From contig CAXXJV010000001.1 in NCBI GenBank assembly GCA_963663475.2, positions 1,280,001-1,344,000 of the forward strand: a stretch of DNA of 64,000 nucleotides, read 5' to 3'. The notes beneath the pieces were generated by a model that searched no databases, had not been told where the DNA came from, and worked only from the letters and a program-made list of their open reading frames with translations. Source of the DNA: Candidatus Cloacimonadales bacterium. GTDB lineage: Bacteria > Cloacimonadota > Cloacimonadia > Cloacimonadales > JAFGVF01. Of this stretch, positions 57,033 through 64,000 are shown one piece after another (the first letter of the stretch is position 1; each line of letters opens with the position of its first letter). Position numbers and translations under genes: made by a program.

Positions 57033-57455
57033 ATGATGATTAAAATTTCTGAAGAATTTAATGAAAATATTTTTTCTCAAATAATTGAATTATGGGAAAT
57101 AACTGCTATTGCTAATCCAGAAAGAGCTGATAAATATTTAAATATTGTTAAGACATTAAAACATGGGGGAAAGCTGTTTTCAATTATTTATAATAAGCAA
57201 ATAATAGCAACTTCTTGGGTAACTCATGACTTTAGACGAGCTTATATTCACCACATGGCTGTTCACCCTAAATACCAAAATCAAGCTTATGGAAGTATTA
57301 TATTAGCTAAGGCACTAGAATATTGTAAAACACTTGGTCTGCAAGCTAAATTAGAAGTCCACCAACACAATTATCATGCTCAAACTCTCTACAAAAAACA
57401 AGGCTTTAAACTTCTTGACGGTTATCAAGTCTATATTAAAAGGGATATAAAATAA
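57033..57455 (+). CDS. GNAT-family N-acetyltransferase
   Basis: HHMAVHPKYQNQAYG motif A; N..AQTLYKKQGF. Confidence 0.85.
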   Translation: MMIKISEEFNENIFSQIIELWEITAIANPERADKYLNIVKTLKHGGKLFSIIYNKQIIATSWVTHDFRRAYIHHMAVHPKYQNQAYGSIILAKALEYCKTLGLQAKLEVHQHNYHAQTLYKKQGFKLLDGYQVYIKRDIK

Positions 57456-57473
57456 TCAAATCGAGGTGTAAAA

Positions 57474-58568
57474 ATGAATTTCTTTTTACCAACTAAAATA
57501 TTTTTTGGAAAAGATGCTTTTTTGAAAGCAGAGGCTGACTTAAAAAACATAGGGAAAAAAGCTTTAATTGTAACAGGACATTCTTCCGCTAAAAAGAGTG
57601 GTAGTCTAGACCAAACACTTGCCTTACTTAATAAGAATAATATTGCCTACGAAATTTATTCTGAGATTGCAGAGAACCCTAGTCTTATAAGCGTAAGAAA
57701 GGGTGTTGAAATCTGTCAAAGGTCAAACTGTGATTTTATTATAGGAATTGGTGGTGGTTCACCTATTGATGCGGCTAAGGCTATAGCAATGATAGTGGCT
57801 TCTCAAATTGATACTAGTGAAATATATCAATCAGAGAAATTTACTCAAGCTCTTCCTCTCGTAGCAGTAGCTATTACTTCTGGAACAGGTACTGAAGCAA
57901 CTCAATATAGTGTCTTAACTGATACTGAAAATCATACTAAAGCTGGTTTTGGCTCTCCTCTAGTTTTCCCTAAATTATCTATTTTAAATCCAGAATTTAC
58001 TTATTCTTTACCTGCGAAAGTAACTATCAATACTGCAATTGATGCTTTAAGTCATCTATTAGAAGGACTTTTCTCTAAGAATAGAAATCAACTAACTTTT
58101 CCTTTTATCTTCAAAGGAGTTAAACTTATAATTGCTAATCTTGAAAAGGCCATTGCTAATCCTTCAGATTATTCTGCTCGAGCTGGACTTATGCAAGCTT
58201 CTTTATATGGCGGTATAGTCATAGCTCATAGTGGAACAACTTTACAGCATTCCATTGGCTATCCTCTTACAACAAAATTTGGCACTCCTCATGGAATGGC
58301 TAATGGTATTGTTATGGAAGAAATTATGAAACTTTACTATCCACATATAACAAAAGAAATAGATGATTTAATGGAATATTTATCTTTAGATATGAATGAA
58401 TTTTTCGCCTGGTTAAAGAAATTTGATTTGAGCTTACAAGCAAAGCTAGATGAAGAATTAATAGACTATATGAGTCGTAAGGTAATGGAAACACGTAATA
58501 TGGCTTTAAATCCTCTTGTCGTAAGCTTAGAAGATGTTAAATCACTCTATCGTAAAATTAGTTTATAA
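57474..58568 (+). CDS. Iron-containing alcohol dehydrogenase
   Basis: PTKIFFG, ENP, GIGGGSPIDAAK, TSGTGTE, DALSHLLE, HSIGY, PHGMANG. Confidence 0.92.
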   Translation: MNFFLPTKIFFGKDAFLKAEADLKNIGKKALIVTGHSSAKKSGSLDQTLALLNKNNIAYEIYSEIAENPSLISVRKGVEICQRSNCDFIIGIGGGSPIDAAKAIAMIVASQIDTSEIYQSEKFTQALPLVAVAITSGTGTEATQYSVLTDTENHTKAGFGSPLVFPKLSILNPEFTYSLPAKVTINTAIDALSHLLEGLFSKNRNQLTFPFIFKGVKLIIANLEKAIANPSDYSARAGLMQASLYGGIVIAHSGTTLQHSIGYPLTTKFGTPHGMANGIVMEEIMKLYYPHITKEIDDLMEYLSLDMNEFFAWLKKFDLSLQAKLDEELIDYMSRKVMETRNMALNPLVVSLEDVKSLYRKISL

Positions 58569-58582
58569 TTAGGAAGTGATAA

Positions 58583-60499
58583 GTGGCTAAAATTGAATTA
58601 CTTGCTCCTGCCGGAAGTGAAGAGTCTCTCGTCGCAGCTGTTGAAGCTGCTTGTGATGCCATCTATCTTGGCTTAGCAAACTTTAATGCTAGATCCAGAG
58701 CCAAGAACTTCCAACTGCAACAAGTTCCACAAATCTTGGAATATTGCCATCAGCGTCAGGTAAAAGTCTATATAACATTAAATACCCTTATTAAAAATAA
58801 TGAAATTACAGACCTGGTTAAGATGTTATATAAACTTACCTCAGCAAATCCTGACGCTATCATTATCCAAGATTTAGGATTATTTTATCTCTTGCAAAAG
58901 CTCAATTTTAAACATATTCATTTCTCAACTCAAGCAGGAATTCATAACTCGCTAGGAGTAAAATTTGCTCAAGATAAAGGAGCAGAAAGGTCTATACTTG
59001 CTAGAGAATTAACTCTTACAGAGATAGAAAAAGCCTCGCAAGTAGGGGAGACTGAGATTTTTGTTCATGGTGCTCTTTGTTATTCTCTATCGGGAGCTTG
59101 TTTATTTTCAAGCTATCTTGGAGGTATGTCTGCTAATAGAGGAAAATGTAAACAGCCTTGCAGACGTGCTTTTAATCTAACTAAGAAGAAGAAGAGTCAT
59201 CTTTTTAGTTTAAAAGACCTTGAGTTGATTGATTATATTCCCCATTTAATCAAAGCAGGTGTAAAATCTTTAAAGATTGAAGGAAGGATGAAAAGGCCTG
59301 ACTATGTTAATCAGGTAGTAAGAGCTTATCGGATGGCTTTGGATAATACTGAGCAAGTAGATAGGGCTAAAGAAATTCTTAGTAAGGATTTTGGACGTAG
59401 TAAAACTCTCTACTTCATGGGAAATCAAGTCTCACAAGCTATCACTCAGGAACCTTTCGCAGGAATCTTTCTAGGTTATGCAAAACTAAGAGGGAATCAA
59501 CTTCTTTTTACCTCAAAGCCAGATGTTCATGCAGGAGATAAGCTCAAGTTATATTATGGTGAAGAAGATTCAAATACTTTTACTATTACTAAGATAAATG
59601 CTGATAATTCTCTAGAAATATCTGAGAAATTAGCCAACAATGAAAAAGTAGCAGTTTATCAAGTATCTTCCTTAGAAATCAAAACATCCAAGATTTCTTG
59701 GGGAAACACCTACCTACCAAATATTTCCAAAAGCCAAATAAAAGAATTAACAGCAATTGATAATTCTCATCAAAAGCTAAGAAAGGGTAAAAGACTTTTC
59801 ATAAGAGTCAAGTCTATAGCTGACATAGCCAACTTGCCTAAGCTTGCTTATCAGGTTAAGTATCTAGTAAGTTTAGATATCTTCCAGCAAAGACCAAGTA
59901 ACTTTCATAAGCAGGTAATATGGGAGCTTCCTCTCTTTATTCCTGAGAATGATTTATTAAAAAGTAAAGACTTGCTTAAAAAACTTTCTGATCTAGGCTA
60001 TCATGATTTTGCTATTAGTCATATTTCGCAAATTGATCTACTTCCAGCAAGAGCCAATATTTTAGCAAATGAAAATATCTATACAATGAATGACCTTGCT
60101 ATTAAGCAGATTAAAGAATGGGGCGTTTCTTCATATATTCTCCCTTTGGAAAATGATATCCCTAATCTAAATCATTATAGTTATAAGGATGGTATTATTC
60201 CAGTATTCTTTACTCCAGCTCTTTTTACTTCTCGTATGCCAGTAAAACAAGCTTTTATAAAGGATAATAAAAATGCTTATCAAATTCTCAGAAAAGGTAA
60301 ATTAACCTATACTTATTCCTTAGATAAGGTATGTATTTTTAGCTTTTTGAAGAAACTTAAGGATTTTAATAATTTCTTCTTAGACTTATCAACGCCAAAT
60401 ATCTCACCTGATGAATATTCTCAAATCTTTGAATATTTTAAGAAGGAAGATAATATCCCTAACACTAAGAAGTTTAATTTCAAGAAAGGTTTGTGGTAG
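58583..60499 (+). CDS. U32-family Fe-S protein (RlhA/TrhP-like RNA hydroxylase)
   Basis: ELLAPAG, HFSTQ, LAREL, EIFVHGALC...C...NRGKCKQPCR, SLKIEGR; GTG start. Confidence 0.88.
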   Translation: MAKIELLAPAGSEESLVAAVEAACDAIYLGLANFNARSRAKNFQLQQVPQILEYCHQRQVKVYITLNTLIKNNEITDLVKMLYKLTSANPDAIIIQDLGLFYLLQKLNFKHIHFSTQAGIHNSLGVKFAQDKGAERSILARELTLTEIEKASQVGETEIFVHGALCYSLSGACLFSSYLGGMSANRGKCKQPCRRAFNLTKKKKSHLFSLKDLELIDYIPHLIKAGVKSLKIEGRMKRPDYVNQVVRAYRMALDNTEQVDRAKEILSKDFGRSKTLYFMGNQVSQAITQEPFAGIFLGYAKLRGNQLLFTSKPDVHAGDKLKLYYGEEDSNTFTITKINADNSLEISEKLANNEKVAVYQVSSLEIKTSKISWGNTYLPNISKSQIKELTAIDNSHQKLRKGKRLFIRVKSIADIANLPKLAYQVKYLVSLDIFQQRPSNFHKQVIWELPLFIPENDLLKSKDLLKKLSDLGYHDFAISHISQIDLLPARANILANENIYTMNDLAIKQIKEWGVSSYILPLENDIPNLNHYSYKDGIIPVFFTPALFTSRMPVKQAFIKDNKNAYQILRKGKLTYTYSLDKVCIFSFLKKLKDFNNFFLDLSTPNISPDEYSQIFEYFKKEDNIPNTKKFNFKKGLW

Positions 60500-60530
60500 A
60501 TATTAGCTAAGAAATTCTAAGACTTACCTA

Positions 60531-60598
60531 TTAACCCAAATAGTGCAATAGACCTTCAGCGAAGTATTACTAAAGCTCTATTACACTATCTGGATTAA
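60531..60598 (+). mobile_element. Minimal MITE-A overlapping the 3' end of the DUF2752 gene
   Basis: TTAACCCAAATAGTGCAATAGA ... CTCTATTACACTATCTGGATTAA. Confidence 0.7.
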
Positions 60599-60907
60599 TT
60601 GCTTAATGTATCTAAGCAAATACTTTAACCAAAGATAAACCAGTAAGGGAAAGATTATAACAATTCTTTTGTTATAGGCATATGCTGCAGGGAAGTTTAG
60701 ATGCATTATGGAGACAAGTGCTCTAGAAGTGCCACACCCCCAACAGTCCTTTCCAGTAAGATTTTTATAAATACAAAGACTGGGAGCCTTAGCTAAATGC
60801 CCTAGGGTAATCTGAGATAAAATAAGGGGAATTATGACTAGTAAAACTATAATTCCCAAAGCTTTAATTTTTCTAGAATCTGCGTACCAATAACCTGCCA
60901 TTACCAT
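60581..60907 (-). CDS. DUF2752 membrane protein
   Basis: C..K.LTG..CWGCG.SRA signature; start uncertain (60907 or 60901). Confidence 0.8.
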   Translation of the reverse strand: MVMAGYWYADSRKIKALGIIVLLVIIPLILSQITLGHLAKAPSLCIYKNLTGKDCWGCGTSRALVSIMHLNFPAAYAYNKRIVIIFPLLVYLWLKYLLRYIKQLIQIV

Positions 60908-61280
60908 CTCTATAAGTATTAGTAACAATCAATATCACATCAATAATTACCCAAATACCACAACCACCAGCAGTTAGTAATTGCAGGATTCCAATTCCAA
61001 TCTGTTTTGTATAAAATCTATGCACACCAAAGGCCCCTAGGAAAATACATAGAAGTAGAGTAACCAACCAATCACACCCATCGTCCTGGGATATATAACG
61101 TAAGGTAATAATCTCATCTGCCTTATCAGTATCATAAACAACAAAATCAACTACCATACCTGTAACAGGTTCTTGATTGTCCCGCCAGTTCTCTCTAACA
61201 AAATAATAACGACTTCCATTATCTCCTGAAATAATCCCAGTATTGGTAGACCAATCATAATGTATTACTTTTCCTCGCAT
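60873..61280 (-). CDS. TM2-domain protein with N-terminal cold-shock-like OB domain
   Basis: MRGKV......GIISGDNG.RYYF N-terminus; LLCIFLGAFGVHRFY...GILQLLT.GG.GIW..ID TM2. Confidence 0.8.
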   Translation of the reverse strand: MRGKVIHYDWSTNTGIISGDNGSRYYFVRENWRDNQEPVTGMVVDFVVYDTDKADEIITLRYISQDDGCDWLVTLLLCIFLGAFGVHRFYTKQIGIGILQLLTAGGCGIWVIIDVILIVTNTYRDGNGRLLVRRF

Positions 61281-61289
61281 TAAAAACTC

Positions 61290-62069
61290 CTATTTCTTTC
61301 TTACCTTGGCTGTTATTATATTTATTCCCTTGTCATCTTGTAAATAAAGCTCATCTTCAATTATTTCATACTGTTTGACTTTTCTTAAACTGTTAAAAAA
61401 CTTATTTTCTGTCTTAATATTAGGTCCTGCCATTTTTGTTGACATAACAGGTGTAAAGCTTAATTCATTTCCTACTAGATAATAAGAAGAACGATAAAAA
61501 TTACATCCTCCAAAGCCATATGCCTTGTTTTCATCACTTGCAAAATATATATTTAAATGATCATTATCACCTTGGGCTACAATATTTACAAAAGTATCAT
61601 TAAGTTTAATTATCTTCCACTCTCTTTCTAATAATATACCAGGAATCTTTGTTAAAATATAATTAGCTCTCTTATCAGTTGCTATATCTTTAGCTAGTTT
61701 CTTCCTAAAAACTAACCTCTCTTCTTCAACAGATAATATCGAGTCATAGGCTTCGTAATCACTCTGTAAAATTATTGAATTACCATCTTCTGACCAAACA
61801 AATCTGCCATTAATAGTCATTAATTTATCATCAGTTTTTAAGATTTTCTCCCTCTTAATAAAAGTGGAATCACTTTTTAACTCTATGTCAACAAAGATTT
61901 CTCTTTCATTACCCTCATTTGTTTCTTTAAGAACTCCTTGGTAAAATCCAAGCCAATCTAAAGAATTTCTGCTACTAGTAGCCTTCTCTTTCTCTTCATT
62001 CCCTCCACAGGCCATAATCAATAAGGAAACTAGTACAACATATATAAATTTCAGTTTAACAAAATTCAT
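61290..62069 (-). CDS. Lipoprotein with NlpE N-terminal-like and META (HslJ) domains
   Basis: Lipobox IMAC; SRNSLDWLGFYQG; GFGGCN.Y...Y, STKMA META motif. Confidence 0.82.
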   Translation of the reverse strand: MNFVKLKFIYVVLVSLLIMACGGNEEKEKATSSRNSLDWLGFYQGVLKETNEGNEREIFVDIELKSDSTFIKREKILKTDDKLMTINGRFVWSEDGNSIILQSDYEAYDSILSVEEERLVFRKKLAKDIATDKRANYILTKIPGILLEREWKIIKLNDTFVNIVAQGDNDHLNIYFASDENKAYGFGGCNFYRSSYYLVGNELSFTPVMSTKMAGPNIKTENKFFNSLRKVKQYEIIEDELYLQDDKGINIITAKVRKK

Positions 62070-62318
62070 TTTTCCACCTCTCTCTTTAAAATGATTAACT
62101 AAAAATAATCACTAGTATTTTTTTGTCAAACTTGATTTGGGTTAAAAGCAAATTAATTCTATAACACTAAATAATAAGTTCTAATAATATTTGTTTTTAG
62201 CCTACTGATAAGCTAGGGAAAAAATCAGTTAAAATAGGAAAATTTAAAATTTATCTTGACATAATTCCCCACTTTTGCAATTTGACAAAACGAATTTGTT
62301 AAAGATATTATAAAAATA

Positions 62319-62395
62319 GGACCTATAGCTCAGTTTGGTAGAGCTTCCGGCTCATAACCGGACGGTCGGGGGTTCGACTCCCTCTGGGTCCACCA
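62319..62395 (+). tRNA. tRNA with CAT anticodon, most likely tRNA-Ile2 (lysidine); elongator Met not excluded
   Basis: GGACCTA...TCCGG-CT-CAT-AA-CCGGA...GTTCGACTC...TGGGTCCACCA; paired 1:72 (not initiator); GGACC acceptor resembles Ile2. Confidence 0.9.
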
Positions 62396-62401
62396 CTTTT
62401 T

Positions 62402-62423
62402 AAGCCTGCTCAGCAGGCTTTTT
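62402..62423 (+). terminator. tRNA terminator
   Basis: AAGCCTGC-TCA-GCAGGCTT followed by T residues. Confidence 0.7.
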
Positions 62424-62460
62424 CTATTTGACCAAGAATTAGATTAGTAAGGATTGTATT

Positions 62461-63639
62461 TTGAAAATTATTATAAAAAAAGCCACTATTGATAAGTATA
62501 AGAAAGGATACCCTATTTTATCATCTAATTTCATTAATTACTCTTATAAAAATGAAGACCAAGGTAAAATTGTAGATTTAGTTGATTATAAGAAAAACTT
62601 TATTGCAAAAGCCTACCTAGGAAAGCAAAATAAAGGATTGGGTTGGGTATTCTCACATAAGCAAAATGCAACACTTGATAATAACTTTATCAAACATAAA
62701 ATCACAAAAGCAATTTCTTTAAGGTCAAATCTCTTTAATGATTGCCTCACAAATGCTTTCCGACTCTTTAATAGCTATGGAGATGGTATTGGAGGAATTA
62801 CTATTGATTACTTTGCTGGCTTCCTCGTCATAAATTGGTACAATAAGGGTATTCTTAAATATAAAGACATGATTATCCAAAATTTAATAAATAGTGGAAA
62901 GGCTAAAGGTATCTACCAAAAATTTAAATTTAGACATGAAAATACAAAAGAATATATAAATCATATTTATGGTGAAAAAACTCCCCATTCTTTCTTTATT
63001 CTTGAAAATGGAGTAAAATATTCTATCAATTTCGAAGATGGAGATATGGTTGGTATCTTCCTCGACCAAAGAGAAGTTAGAAATCTCTTAACTAGTAATT
63101 TTTCCCAAGAAAAAACAATTTTGAATACTTTTTCTTACACAGGAGCCTTTTCCATTGCAGGCCTTGCTGGTTTAGCGAAATCAACCACTAGCGTTGATCT
63201 GGCTAAAAGAAGTCTTCCTAAAACCCTAGATAATCTCAAACTTAATAACTTTCCCATAGAACAACAAGAGGTTATTGTGGAAGATGTTTTTAACTACTTC
63301 AAATACGCCTTAAGAAAAAAACTGCTTTTTGATATTCTTATTCTTGATCCTCCCTCTTTCGCAAAATCAAAAAAAAGAAATTTCTCAGTCCTTAACGATT
63401 ATTCAGCTCTAGTGCAAATGATTACCCCACTTGTAGCTAAAAATGGCTATATAATTGCCTCAACTAATAATAGTCAGCTTCCATTAGGCAAGTTCAAAGA
63501 AATGGTTGAAAATGGAATTGCCTACCATAATAGACACTTTGAAATTAAACAAATCTTCCGTCTTCCTCAAGACTTTTCTGTCAATCCAGCCTATCCCCAA
63601 GGAAACTATTTAAAAGTTCTTTTGCTTAAATTAGACTAA
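62461..63639 (+). CDS. RlmI/YwbD-like SAM-dependent rRNA m5C methyltransferase
   Basis: PUA-like N-terminus, AFRLFN..GDG, GIFLDQRE, LNTFSYTGAFS, LDPPSF, YLK; TTG start. Confidence 0.88.
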   Translation: MKIIIKKATIDKYKKGYPILSSNFINYSYKNEDQGKIVDLVDYKKNFIAKAYLGKQNKGLGWVFSHKQNATLDNNFIKHKITKAISLRSNLFNDCLTNAFRLFNSYGDGIGGITIDYFAGFLVINWYNKGILKYKDMIIQNLINSGKAKGIYQKFKFRHENTKEYINHIYGEKTPHSFFILENGVKYSINFEDGDMVGIFLDQREVRNLLTSNFSQEKTILNTFSYTGAFSIAGLAGLAKSTTSVDLAKRSLPKTLDNLKLNNFPIEQQEVIVEDVFNYFKYALRKKLLFDILILDPPSFAKSKKRNFSVLNDYSALVQMITPLVAKNGYIIASTNNSQLPLGKFKEMVENGIAYHNRHFEIKQIFRLPQDFSVNPAYPQGNYLKVLLLKLD

Positions 63640-64000
63640 GTATTCTCAATTTATCTGGAAACAATCTGGCATAGCCTAATTACTTGTCTCATAGCACATG
63701 AGAGTAATTGAAAAGCTTGTTTATTCCTAGCTAGCAAGTTAGTTAAAATTTCTACCACCGAGCTTGATCTTCTTTGCTTCATTCTTTCTCTTCCTATAAA
63801 ATTCTGAGCCTTCTTTAAGAGAGTAACAATGAAGGAATAGTAAATATAGATACTAGAGAAATGAAAATTAATCATAATTCTATAATAACAAAATCCCATA
63901 GTACAAGCATCATTTATATAAAAAATTAAAAAGATTGACAAAACTTTTATAGTATGTAAAATTTGTAATATAAACTAAAAAAGGAAAGCAAATATAATGA

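Noticed and set aside
7014-63069. Numerous 60-115 aa ORFs antisense to or nested in confident genes (e.g. 7014, 10219, 18145, 19155, 26369, 31172, 44186, 50834, 53742, 62884)
   Set aside because: Shadow ORFs of real genes with no motifs.
63651-63941. 96-aa minus-strand ORF and hairpin near 63678-63709
   Set aside because: No RBS or domain, and it overlaps the next promoter; the hairpin alone is not enough to call an ncRNA.

Overview
AT-rich bacterial chromosome segment, most likely from an anaerobic FCB-group diderm such as Cloacimonadota. This is inferred from FlgD-Ig/T9SS-type C-terminal sorting tails, a PorU/PorV pair, TTGACA-type promoters and a mix of Bacteroidetes-like and Firmicutes-like metabolic genes. 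It is mostly housekeeping. A long minus-strand run holds proS, a CinA-C gene, purD, PorU-like C25 peptidase, PorV-like barrel, a lipoprotein, an SLBB (Wza-like) protein, Wzc, ispE, prs, rplY, pth, rpsF, ssb, rpsR, a DUF2232-like gene, rplI, dciA, rpe and ffh. Also present are a glycogen cluster (GDE, GT4, GH57), htpG, an acyl-CoA synthetase, five tRNAs and a small very AT-rich accessory patch (about 35.7-41.1 kb). Highlights: (1) a putative T9SS-like sortase/attachment module (PorU-PorV) directly followed by an orphan SLBB/Wzc pair whose kinase has a 10-Tyr tail; (2) a fluoride riboswitch carrying a ~90-nt insertion that includes a miniature MITE, upstream of a CPA-type antiporter; (3) many non-autonomous elements: an IS982-like-ended MITE (MITE-A) at gene 3' ends, an IS1595-like-ended MITE (MITE-B) with 8-bp target duplications and REP-doublet cargo inserted twice into one MITE-A copy, and covarying long palindromes; (4) an unexplained attenuator-like leader upstream of a PHP-family histidinol phosphatase. 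No transposase, CRISPR array or rRNA was seen. All family assignments come from motif recognition by eye, not database searches.
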